This document shows positions 38,870-52,100 of a stretch of 64,000 nt of DNA, one piece after another. The notes below the pieces were generated by a model. That model was not told the DNA's origin. It did not search any database and saw nothing but the letters and a program-made list of their open reading frames with translations. Every line of letters starts with the position of its first letter. Within the stretch, counting starts at the first letter, position 1. A program made the position numbers and the translations under genes. The DNA lies in contig JBHGNT010000154.1 of assembly GCA_043228905.1 (NCBI GenBank), forward strand, positions 1-64,000, given 5' to 3'. The DNA comes from Azolla caroliniana. Lineage: Eukaryota; Plantae; Polypodiophyta.

Positions 38870-41800
38870 TTTTTAATTCCATATCATAGCTAGCGTTGTT
38901 AGCTTCGATTCGCATGTTTGAACACAAAAATCCGATATCACACGAGCCAGGTATGAACATTTTAATTTACTCAAGGACTCCTCTCAACTCCTTCCTCAAG
39001 TTTGCTAATTTCGTCATGTCTCTCGACCTGAGTTTCAAAACCTTGATTTTTTAATTCCATATCATAGCTAGCATTGTTAGCTTCGATTCGCATGTTTGAA
39101 CACAAAAATCCGATATAACACGAGCCAGGTATGAACATTTTAATTTACTCAAGGACTCCTCTCAACTCCTTCCTCAAGTTTGCTAATTTCGTCATGTCTC
39201 TCGACCTGAGTTTCAAAATCTTGATTTTTAAATTCCATATCATAGCTAGCGTTGTTAGCTTCGATTCGCATGTTTGAACACAAAAATCCGATATCACACG
39301 AGCCAGGTATAAACATTTTAATTTACTCAAGGGCTCCTCTCAACTCCTTCCTCAAGTTTGCTAATTTCGTCATGTCTCTCGACCTAAGTTTCATAGCCCT
39401 CCTCAAGCGTTGTTACCTAGCGTTGTTACCTTCGACTCGCATGTTTGAACACAAAAATCCGATATCACACGAGCCAGGTATGAACAGTTTAATTTACTCA
39501 AGGGCTCCTCTCAACTCCTTCCTCAAGTTTGCTAATTTCGTCATGTCTCTCGACCTGACTTTCAAAATCTTGATTTTTTAATTCCATATCATAGCTAGCG
39601 TTGTTAGCTTCGATTCGCATGTTTGAACACAAAAATCCGATATCACACGAGCCAGGTATGAACATTTTAATTTACTCAAGGACTCCTCTCAACTCCTTCC
39701 TCAAGTTTGCTAATTTCGTCATGTCTCTCGACCTGAGTTTCAAAACCTTGATTTTTTAATTCCATATCATAGCTAGCATTGTTAGCTTCGATTCGCATGT
39801 TTGAACACAAAAATCCGATATAACACGAGCCAGGTATGAACATTTTAATTTACTCAAGGACTCCTCTCAACTCCTTCCTCAAGTTTGCTAATTTCGTCAT
39901 GTCTCTCGACCTGAGTTTCAAAATCTGGATTTTTAAATTCCATATCATAGCTAGCGTTGTTAGCTTCGATTCGCATGTTTGAACACAAAAATCCGATATC
40001 ACACGAGCCAGGTATAAACATTTTAATTTACTCAAGGGCTCCTCTCAACTCCTTCCTCAAGTTTGCTAATTTCGTCATGTCTCTCGACCTGAGTTTCAAA
40101 ACCTTGATTTTTTAATTCCATATCATAGCTAGCATTGTTAGCTTCGATTCGCATGTTTGAACACAAAAATCCGATATAACACGAGCCAGGTATGAACATT
40201 TTAATTTACTCAAGGACTCCTCTCAACTCCTTCCTCAAGTTTGCTAATTTCGTCATGTCTCTCGACCTGAGTTTCAAAATCTGGATTTTTAAATTCCATA
40301 TCATAGCTAGCGTTGCTAGCTTCGATTCGCATGTTTGAACACAAAAATCCGATATCACACGAGCCAGGTATAAACATTTTAATTTACTCAAGGGCTCCTC
40401 TCAACTCCTTCCTCAAGTTTGCTAATTTCGTCATGTCTCTCGACCTGAGTTTCAAAACCTTGATTTTTTAATTCCATATCATAGCTAGCATTGTTAGCTT
40501 CGATTCGCATGTTTGAACACAAAAATCCGATATAACACGAGCCAGGTATGAACATTTTAATTTACTCAAGGACTCCTCTCAACTCCTTCCTCAAGTTTGC
40601 TAATTTCGTCATGTCTCTCGACCTGAGTTTCAAAATCTGGATTTTTAAATTCCATATCATAGCTAGCGTTGTTAGCTTCGATTCGCATGTTTGAACACAA
40701 AAATCCGATATCACACGAGCCAGGTATAAACAGTTTAATTTACTCAAGGGCTCCTCTCAACTCCCTCCTCAAGTTTGCTATTTTCGTCATGTCTCTCGAC
40801 CTGAGTTTCAAAATCTTGATTTTTAAATTCCATATCATAGCTAGCGTTGTTACCTTCGACTCGCATGTTTGAACACAAAAATCCGATATCACACGAGCCA
40901 GGTATGAACAGTTTAATTTACTCAAGGGCTCCTCTCAACTCCTTCCTCAAGTTTGCTAATTTCGTCATGTCTCTCGACCTGACTTTCAAAATCTTGATTT
41001 TTTAATTCCATATCATAGCTAGCGTTGTTAGCTTCGATTCGCATGTTTGAACACAAAAATCCGATATCACACGAGCCAGGTATGAACATTTTAATTTACT
41101 CAAGGACTCCTCTCAACTCCTTCCTCAAGTTTGCTAATTTCGTCATGTCTCTCGACCTCAGTTTCAAACTCTGGATTTTTAAATTCCATATCATAGCTAG
41201 CGTTGTTAGCTTCGATTCGCATTTTTGAACACAAAAATCCGATATCACACGAGCCAGGTATAAACATTTTAATTTACTCAAGGGCTCCTCTCAACTCCTT
41301 CCTCAAGTTTGCTAATTTCGTCATGTCTCTCGACCTAAGTTTCATAGCCCTCCTCAAGCGTTGTTACCTAGCGTTGTTACCTTCGACTCGCATGTTTGAA
41401 CACAAAAATCCGATATCACACGAGCCAGGTATGAACAGTTTAATTTACTCAAGGGCTCCTCTCAACTCCTTCCTCAAGTTTGCTAATTTCGTCATGTCTC
41501 TCGACCTGACTTTCAAAATCTTGATTTTTTAATTCCATATCATAGCTAGCGTTGTTAGCTTCGATTCGCATGTTTGAACACAAAAATCCGATATCACACG
41601 AGCCAGGTATGAACATTTTAATTTACTCAAGGACTCCTCTCAACTCCTTCCTCAAGTTTGCTAATTTCGTCATGTCTCTCGACCTGAGTTTCAAAACCTT
41701 GATTTTTTAATTCCATATCATAGCTAGCATTGTTAGCTTCGATTCGCATGTTTGAACACAAAAATCCGATATAACACGAGCCAGGTATGAACATTTTAAT

Positions 41801-44800
41801 TTACTCAAGGACTCCTCTCAACTCCTTCCTCAAGTTTGCTAATTTCGTCATGTCTCTCGACCTGAGTTTCAAAATCTGGATTTTTAAATTCCATATCATA
41901 GCTAGCGTTCTTAGCTTCGATTCGCATGTTTGAACACAAAAATCCGATATCACACGAGCCAGGTATAAACATTTTAATTTACTCAAGGGCTCCTCTCAAC
42001 TCCTTCCTCAAGTTTGCTAATTTCGTCATGTCTCTCGACCTGAGTTTCAAAACCTTGATTTTTTAATTCCATATCATAGCTAGCATTGTTAGCTTCGATT
42101 CGCATGTTTGAACACAAAAATCCGATATAACACGAGCCAGGTATGAACAGTTTAATTTACTCAAGGGCTCCTCTCAACTCCTTCCTCAAGTTTGCTAATT
42201 TCGTCATGTCTCTCGACCTGAGTTTCAAAATCTTGATTTTTTAATTCCATATCATAGCTAGCGTTGTTAGCTTCGATTCGCATGTTTGAACACAAAAATC
42301 CGATATAACACGAGCCAGGTATAAACAGTTTAATTTACTCAAGGGCTCCTCTCAACTCCCTCCTCAAGTTTGCTAATTTCGTCATGTCTCTCGACCTGAG
42401 TTTCAAAATCTGGATTTTTAAATTCCATATCATAGCTAGCGTTGTTAGCTTCGATTCGCATGTTTGAACACAAAAATCCGATATCACACGAGCCAGGTAT
42501 GAACATTTTAATTTACTCAAGGACTCCTCTCAACTCCTTCCTCAAGTTTGCTAATTTCGTCATGTCTCTCGACCTGAGTTTCAAAACCTTGATTTTTTAA
42601 TTCCATATCATAGCTAGCGTTGTTAGCTTCGATTCGCATGTTTGAACACAAAAATCCGATATCACACGAGCCAGGTATGAACATTTTAATTTACTCAAGG
42701 ACTCCTCTCAACTCCTTCCTCAAGTTTGCTAATTTCGTCATGTCTCTCGACCTGAGTTTCAAAACCTTGATTTTTTAATTCCATATCATAGCTAGCATTG
42801 TTAGCTTCGATTCGCATGTTTGAACACAAAAATCCGATATAACACGAGCCAGGTATGAACATTTTAATTTACTCAAGGACTCCTCTCAACTCCTTCCTCA
42901 AGTTTGCTAATTTCGTCATGTCTCTCGACCTGAGTTTCAAAATCTGGATTTTTAAATTCCATATCATAGCTAGCGTTGTTAGCTTCGATTCGCATGTTTG
43001 AACACAAAAATCCGATATCACACGAGCCAGGTATAAACATTTTAATTTACTCAAGGGCTCCTCTCAACTCCTTCCTCAAGTTTGCTAATTTCGTCATGTC
43101 TCTCGACCTAAGTTTCATAGCCCTCCTCAAGCGTTGTTACCTAGCGTTGTTACCTTCGACTCGCATGTTTGAACACAAAAATCCGATATCACACGAGCCA
43201 GGTATGAACAGTTTAATTTACTCAAGGGCTCCTCTCAACTCCTTCCTCAAGTTTGCTAATTTCGTCATGTCTCTCGACCTGACTTTCAAAATCTTGATTT
43301 TTTAATTCCATATCATAGCTAGCGTTGTTAGCTTCGATTCGCATGTTTGAACACAAAAATCCGATATCACACGAGCCAGGTATGAACATTTTAATTTACT
43401 CAAGGACTCCTCTCAACTCCTTCCTCAAGTTTGCTAATTTCGTCATGTCTCTCGACCTGAGTTTCAAAACCTTGATTTTTTAATTCCATATCATAGCTAG
43501 CATTGTTAGCTTCGATTCGCATGTTTGAACACAAAAATCCGATATAACACGAGCCAGGTATGAACATTTTAATTTACTCAAGGACTCCTCTCAACTCCTT
43601 CCTCAAGTTTGCTAATTTCGTCATGTCTCTCGACCTGAGTTTCAAAATCTTGATTTTTTAATTCCATATCATAGCTAGCGTTGTTAGCTTCGATTCGCAT
43701 GTTTGAACACAAAAATCCGATATCACACGAGCCAGGTATAAACATTTTAATTTACTCAAGGGCTCCTCTCAACTCCTTCCTCAAGTTTGCTAATTTCGTC
43801 ATGTCTCTCGACCTGAGTTTCAAAACCTTGATTTTTTAATTCCATATCATAGCTAGCATTGTTAGCTTCGATTCGCATGTTTGAACACAAAAATCCGATA
43901 TAACACGAGCCAGGTATGAACATTTTAATTTACTCAAGGACTCCTCTCAACTCCTTCCTCAAGTTTGCTAATTTCGTCATGTCTCTCGACCTGAGTTTCA
44001 AAATCTGGATTTTTAAATTCCATATCATAGCTAGCGTTGCTAGCTTCGATTCGCATGTTTGAACACAAAAATCCGATATCACACGAGCCAGGTATAAACA
44101 TTTTAATTTACTCAAGGGCTCCTCTCAACTCCTTCCTCAAGTTTGCTAATTTCGTCATGTCTCTCGACCTGAGTTTCAAAACCTTGATTTTTTAATTCCA
44201 TATCATAGCTAGCATTGTTAGCTTCGATTCGCATGTTTGAACACAAAAATCCGATATAACACGAGCCAGGTATGAACATTTTAATTTACTCAAGGACTCC
44301 TCTCAACTCCTTCCTCAAGTTTGCTAATTTCGTCATGTCTCTCGACCTGAGTTTCAAAATCTGGATTTTTAAATTCCATATCATAGCTAGCGTTGTTAGC
44401 TTCGATTCGCATGTTTGAACACAAAAATCCGATATCACACGAGCCAGGTATAAACAGTTTAATTTACTCAAGGGCTCCTCTCAACTCCCTCCTCAAGTTT
44501 GCTATTTTCGTCATGTCTCTCGACCTGAGTTTCAAAATCTTGATTTTTAAATTCCATATCATAGCTAGCGTTGTTACCTTCGACTCGCATGTTTGAACAC
44601 AAAAATCCGATATCACACGAGCCAGGTATGAACAGTTTAATTTACTCAAGGGCTCCTCTCAACTCCTTCCTCAAGTTTGCTAATTTCGTCATGTCTCTCG
44701 ACCTGACTTTCAAAATCTTGATTTTTTAATTCCATATCATAGCTAGCGTTGTTAGCTTCGATTCGCATGTTTGAACACAAAAATCCGATATCACACGAGC

Positions 44801-46170
44801 CAGGTATGAACATTTTAATTTACTCAAGGACTCCTCTCAACTCCTTCCTCAAGTTTGCTAATTTCGTCATGTCTCTCGACCTGAGTTTCAAACTCTGGAT
44901 TTTTAAATTCCATATCATAGCTAGCGTTGTTAGCTTCGATTCGCATTTTTGAACACAAAAATCCGATATCACACGAGCCAGGTATAAACATTTTAATTTA
45001 CTCAAGGGCTCCTCTCAACTCCTTCCTCAAGTTTGCTAATTTCGTCATGTCTCTCGACCTAAGTTTCATAGCCCTCCTCAAGCGTTGTTACCTAGCGTTG
45101 TTACCTTCGACTCGCATGTTTGAACACAAAAATCCGATATCACACGAGCCAGGTATGAACAGTTTAATTTACTCAAGGGCTCCTCTCAACTCCTTCCTCA
45201 AGTTTGCTAATTTCGTCATGTCTCTCGACCTGACTTTCAAAATCTTGATTTTTTAATTCCATATCATAGCTAGCGTTGTTAGCTTCGATTCGCATGTTTG
45301 AACACAAAAATCCGATATCACACGAGCCAGGTATGAACATTTTAATTTACTCAAGGACTCCTCTCAACTCCTTCCTCAAGTTTGCTAATTTCGTCATGTC
45401 TCTCGACCTGAGTTTCAAAACCTTGATTTTTTAATTCCATATCATAGCTAGCATTGTTAGCTTCGATTCGCATGTTTGAACACAAAAATCCGATATAACA
45501 CGAGCCAGGTATGAACATTTTAATTTACTCAAGGACTCCTCTCAACTCCTTCCTCAAGTTTGCTAATTTCGTCATGTCTCTCGACCTGAGTTTCAAAATC
45601 TGGATTTTTAAATTCCATATCATAGCTAGCGTTCTTAGCTTCGATTCGCATGTTTGAACACAAAAATCCGATATCACACGAGCCAGGTATAAACATTTTA
45701 ATTTACTCAAGGGCTCCTCTCAACTCCTTCCTCAAGTTTGCTAATTTCGTCATGTCTCTCGACCTGAGTTTCAAAACCTTGATTTTTTAATTCCATATCA
45801 TAGCTAGCATTGTTAGCTTCGATTCGCATGTTTGAACACAAAAATCCGATATAACACGAGCCAGGTATGAACAGTTTAATTTACTCAAGGGCTCCTCTCA
45901 ACTCCTTCCTCAAGTTTGCTAATTTCGTCATGTCTCTCGACCTGACTTTCAAAATCTTGATTTTTTAATTCCATATCATAGCTAGCGTTGTTAGCTTCGA
46001 TTCGCATGTTTGAACACAAAAATCCGATATAACACGAGCCAGGTATAAACAGTTTAATTTACTCAAGGGCTCCTCTCAACTCCCTCCTCAAGTTTGCTAA
46101 TTTCGTCATGTCTCTCGACCTGAGTTTCAAAATCTGGATTTTTAAATTCCATATCATAGCTAGCGTTGCT
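38870..46170 (+). repeat. 21-monomer (3,724-bp) imperfect tandem duplication
   Basis: ORF pairs 39145/42869, 39252/42976, 40206/43930, 40562/44286, 41025/44749, 41801/45525 and 42335/46059. 3724 = 21x178-14 (two 171-bp monomers per unit). Ends are approximate. Confidence 0.85.
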
Positions 46171-49100
46171 AGCTTCGATTCGCATGTTTGAACACAAAAA
46201 TCCGATATCACACGAGCCAGGTATAAACATTTTAATTTACTCAAGGGCTCCTCTCAACTCCTTCCTCAAGTTTGCTAATTTCGTCATGTCTCTCGACCTG
46301 AGTTTCAAAACCTTGATTTTTTAATTCCATATCATAGCTAGCATTGTTAGCTTCGATTCGCATGTTTGAACACAAAAATCCGATATAACACGAGCCAGGT
46401 ATGAACATTTTAATTTACTCAAGGACTCCTCTCAACTCCTTCCTCAAGTTTGCTAATTTCGTCATGTCTCTCGACCTGAGTTTCAAAATCTGGATTTTTA
46501 AATTCCATATCATAGCTAGCGTTGTTAGCTTCGATTCGCATGTTTGAACACAAAAATCCGATATCACACGAGCCAGGTATAAACAGTTTAATTTACTCAA
46601 GGGCTCCTCTCAACTCCCTCCTCAAGTTTGCTATTTTCGTCATGTCTCTCGACCTGAGTTTCAAAATCTTGATTTTTAAATTCCATATCATAGCTAGCGT
46701 TGTTACCTTCGACTCGCATGTTTGAACACAAAAATCCGATATCACACGAGCCAGGTATGAACAGTTTAATTTACTCAAGGGCTCCTCTCAACTCCTTCCT
46801 CAAGTTTGCTAATTTCGTCATGTCTCTCGACCTGACTTTCAAAATCTTGATTTTTTAATTCCATATCATAGCTAGCGTTGTTAGCTTCGATTCGCATGTT
46901 TGAACACAAAAATCCGATATCACACGAGCCAGGTATGAACATTTTAATTTACTCAAGGACTCCTCTCAACTCCTTCCTCAAGTTTGCTAATTTCGTCATG
47001 TCTCTCGACCTGAGTTTCAAACTCTGGATTTTTAAATTCCATATCATAGCTAGCGTTGTTAGCTTCGATTCGCATGTTTGAACACAAAAATCCGATATCA
47101 CACGAGCCAGGTATAAACATTTTAATTTACTCAAGGGCTCCTCTCAACTCCTTCCTCAAGTTTGCTAATTTCGTCATGTCTCTCGACCTAAGTTTCATAG
47201 CCCTCCTCAAGCGTTGTTACCTAGCGTTGTTACCTTCGACTCGCATGTTTGAACACAAAAATCCGATATCACACGAGCCAGGTATGAACAGTTTAATTTA
47301 CTCAAGGGCTCCTCTCAACTCCTTCCTCAAGTTTGCTAATTTCTTCATGTCTCTCGACCTGACTTTCAAAATCTTGATTTTTTAATTCCATATCATAGCT
47401 AGCGTTGTTAGCTTCGATTCGCATGTTTGAACACAAAAATCCGATATCACACGAGCCAGGTATGAACATTTTAATTTACTCAAGGACTCCTCTCAACTCC
47501 TTCCTCAAGTTTGCTAATTTCGTCATGTCTCTCGACCTGAGTTTCAAAACCTTGATTTTTTAATTCCATATCATAGCTAGCATTGTTAGCTTCGATTCGC
47601 ATGTTTGAACACAAAAATCCGATATAACACGAGCCAGGTATGAACATTTTAATTTACTCAAGGACTCCTCTCAACTCCTTCCTCAAGTTTGCTAATTTCG
47701 TCATGTCTCTCGACCTGAGTTTCAAAATCTGGATTTTTAAATTCCATATCATAGCTAGCGTTCTTAGCTTCGATTCGCATGTTTGAACACAAAAATCCGA
47801 TATCACACGAGCCAGGTATAAACATTTTAATTTACTCAAGGGCTCCTCTCAACTCCTTCCTCAAGTTTGCTAATTTCGTCATGTCTCTCGACCTGAGTTT
47901 CAAAACCTTGATTTTTTAATTCCATATCATAGCTAGCATTGTTAGCTTCGATTCGCATGTTTGAACACAAAAATCCGATATAACACGAGCCAGGTATAAA
48001 CAGTTTAATTTACTCAAGGGCTCCTCTCAACTCCCTCCTCAAGTTTGCTATTTTCGTCATGTCTCTCGACCTGAGTTTCAAAATCTTGATTTTTAAATTC
48101 CATATCATAGCTAGCGTTGTTACCTTCGACTCGCATGTTTGAACACAAAAATCCGATATCACACGAGCCAGGTATGAACAGTTTAATTTACTCAAGGGCT
48201 CCTCTCAACTCCTTCCTCAAGTTTGCTAATTTCGTCATGTCTCTCGACCTGACTTTCAAAATCTTGATTTTTTAATTCCATATCATAGCTAGCGTTGTTA
48301 GCTTCGATTCGCATGTTTGAACACAAAAATCCGATATCACACGAGCCAGGTATGAACATTTTAATTTACTCAAGGACTCCTCTCAACTCCTTCCTCAAGT
48401 TTGCTAATTTCGTCATGTCTCTCGACCTGAGTTTCAAACTCTGGATTTTTAAATTCCATATCATAGCTAGCGTTGTTAGCTTCGATTCGCATGTTTGAAC
48501 ACAAAAATCCGATATCACACGAGCCAGGTATAAACATTTTAATTTACTCAAGGGCTCCTCTCAACTCCTTCCTCAAGTTTGCTAATTTCGTCATGTCTCT
48601 CGACCTAAGTTTCATAGCCCTCCTCAAGCGTTGTTACCTAGCGTTGTTACCTTCGACTCGCATGTTTGAACACAAAAATCCGATATCACACGAGCCAGGT
48701 ATGAACAGTTTAATTTACTCAAGGGCTCCTCTCAACTCCTTCCTCAAGTTTGCTAATTTCGTCATGTCTCTCGACCTGACTTTCAAAATCTTGATTTTTT
48801 AATTCCATATCATAGCTAGCGTTGTTAGCTTCGATTCGCATGTTTGAACACAAAAATCCGGTATCACACGAGCCAGGTATGAACATTTTAATTTACTCAA
48901 GGACTCCTCTCAACTCCTTCCTCAAGTTTGCTAATTTCGTCATGTCTCTCGACCTGAGTTTCAAAACCTTGATTTTTTAATTCCATATCATAGCTAGCAT
49001 TGTTAGCTTCGATTCGCATGTTTGAACACAAAAATCCGATATAACACGAGCCAGGTATGAACATTTTAATTTACTCAAGGACTCCTCTCAACTCCTTCCT

Positions 49101-52100
49101 CAAGTTTGCTAATTTCGTCATGTCTCTCGACCTGAGTTTCAAAATCTGGATTTTTAAATTCCATATCATAGCTAGCGTTGTTAGCTTCGATTCGCATGTT
49201 TGAACACAAAAATCCGATATCACACGAGCCAGGTATAAACATTTTAATTTACTCAAGGGCTCCTCTCAACTCCTTCCTCAAGTTTGCTAATTTCGTCATG
49301 TCTCTCGACCTGAGTTTCAAAACCTTGATTTTTTAATTCCATATCATAGCTAGCATTGTTAGCTTCGATTCGCATGTTTGAACACAAAAATCCGATATAA
49401 CACGAGCCAGGTATGAACATTTTAATTTACTCAAGGACTCCTCTCAACTCCTTCCTCAAGTTTGCTAATTTCGTCATGTCTCTCGACCTGAGTTTCAAAA
49501 TCTGGATTTTTAAATTCCATATCATAGCTAGCGTTGCTAGCTTCGATTCGCATGTTTGAACACAAAAATCCGATATCACACGAGCCAGGTATGAACATTT
49601 TAATTTACTCAAGGACTCCTCTCAACTCCTTCCTCAAGTTTGCTAATTTCGTCATGTCTCTCGACCTGAGTTTCAAACTCTGGATTTTTAAATTCCATAT
49701 CATAGCTAGCGTTGTTAGCTTCGATTCGCATGTTTGAACACAAAAATCCGATATCACACGAGCCAGGTATAAACATTTTAATTTACTCAAGGGCTCCTCT
49801 CAACTCCTTCCTCAAGTTTGCTAATTTCGTCATGTCTCTCGACCTAAGTTTCATAGCCCTCCTCAAGCGTTGTTACCTAGCGTTGTTACCTTCGACTCGC
49901 ATGTTTGAACACAAAAATCCGATATCACACGAGCCAGGTATGAACAGTTTAATTTACTCAAGGGCTCCTCTCAACTCCTTCCTCAAGTTTGCTAATTTCG
50001 TCATGTCTCTCGACCTGACTTTCAAAATCTTGATTTTTTAATTCCATATCATAGCTAGCGTTGTTAGCTTCGATTCGCATGTTTGAACACAAAAATCCGA
50101 TATCACACGAGCCAGGTATGAACATTTTAATTTACTCAAGGACTCCTCTCAACTCCTTCCTCAAGTTTGCTAATTTCGTCATGTCTCTCGACCTGAGTTT
50201 CAAAACCTTGATTTTTTAATTCCATATCATAGCTAGCATTGTTAGCTTCGATTCGCATGTTTGAACACAAAAATCCGATATAACACGAGCCAGGTATGAA
50301 CATTTTAATTTACTCAACGACTCCTCTCAACTCCTTCCTCAAGTTTGCTAATTTCGTCATGTCTCTCGACCTGAGTTTCAAAATCTGGATTTTTAAATTC
50401 CATATCATAGCTAGCGTTGTTAGCTTCGATTCGCATGTTTGAACACAAAAATCCGATATCACACGAGCCAGGTATAAACATTTTAATTTACTCAAGGGCT
50501 CCTCTCAACTCCTTCCTCAAGTTTGCTAATTTCGTCATGTCTCTCGACCTGAGTTTCAAAACCTTGATTTTTTAATTCCATATCATAGCTAGCATTGTTA
50601 GCTTCGATTCGCATGTTTGAACACAAAAATCCGATATAACACGAGCCAGGTATGAACATTTTAATTTACTCAAGGACTCCTCTCAACTCCATCCTCAAGT
50701 TTGCTAATTTCGTCATGTCTCTCGACCTGAGTTTCAAAATCTGGATTTTTAAATTCCATATCATAGCTAGCGTTGCTAGCTTCGATTCGCATGTTTGAAC
50801 ACAAAAATCCGATATCACACGAGCCAGGTATAAACAGTTTAATTTACTCAAGGGCTCCTCTCAACTCCCTCCTCAAGTTTGCTATTTTCGTCATGTCTCT
50901 CGACCTGAGTTTCAAAATCTTGATTTTTAAATTCCATATCATAGCTAGCGTTGTTACCTTCGACTCGCATGTTTGAACACAAAAATCCGATATCACACGA
51001 GCCAGGTATGAACATTTTAATTTACTCAAGGACTCCTCTCAACTCCTTCCTCAAGTTTGCTAATTTCGTCATGTCTCTCGACCTGAGTTTCAAAACCTTG
51101 ATTTTTTAATTCCATATCATAGCTAGCATTGTTAGCTTCGATACGCATGTTTGAACACAAAAATCCGATATCACACGAGCCAGGTATGAACATTTTAATT
51201 TACTCAAGGACTCCTCTCAACTCCTTCCTCAAGTTTGCTAATTTCGTCATGTCTCTCGACCTAAGTTTCAAAACCTTGATTTTTTAATTCCATATCATAG
51301 CTAGCATTGTTAGCTTCGATTCGCATGTTTGAACACAAAAATCCGATATCACACGAGCCAGGTATGAACATTTTAATTTACTCAAGGACTCCTCTCAACC
51401 CCTTCCTCAAGTTTGCTAATTTCGTCATGTCTCTCGACCTGAGTTTCAAAATCTGGATTTTTAAATTCCATATCATAGCTAGCGTTGTTAGCTTCGATTC
51501 GCATGTTTGAACACAAAAATTCGATATCACACGAGCGAGGTATAAACATTTTAATTTACCTACTAGCTCTTCTCAACTCCCTCCTCAAATTTGGTAATTT
51601 CGTCAGGTCTCTCGACCTGAGTTTCAAAATCCTGATTTTTTAATTCCATATCATAGCTAGCGTTGTTAGCTTCGATTCGCATGTTTGAACACAAAAATCC
51701 GATATCACACGAGCCAGGTATGAACAGTTTAATTTACTCAAGGGCTCCTCTCAACTCCCTCCTCAAGTTTGCTATTTTCGTCATGTCTCTCGACCTGAGT
51801 TTCAAAATCTTGATTTTTTAATTCCATATCATAGCTAGCGTTGTTAGCTTCGATTCGCATGTTTGAACACAAAAATCCGATATCACACGAGCCAGGTATG
51901 AACATTTTAATTTACTTAAGGGCTCCTCTCAACTCCCTTCTCAAGTTTGCTATTTTCGTCATGTCTCTCGACCTGAGTTTCAAAATCTGGATTTTTAAAT
52001 TCCATATCATAGCTAGCGTTGTTAGCTTCGATTCGCATGTTTGAACACAAAAATCCGATATCACACGAGCCAGGTATGAACATTTTAATTTACTCAAGGG

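Noticed and set aside
39252-39581. Longer 109-aa ORF repeated 11 times
   Set aside because: It arises because the -7 bp scar makes a 171-bp (3n) monomer and removes a stop. It is a by-product of the rearrangement, not a gene.
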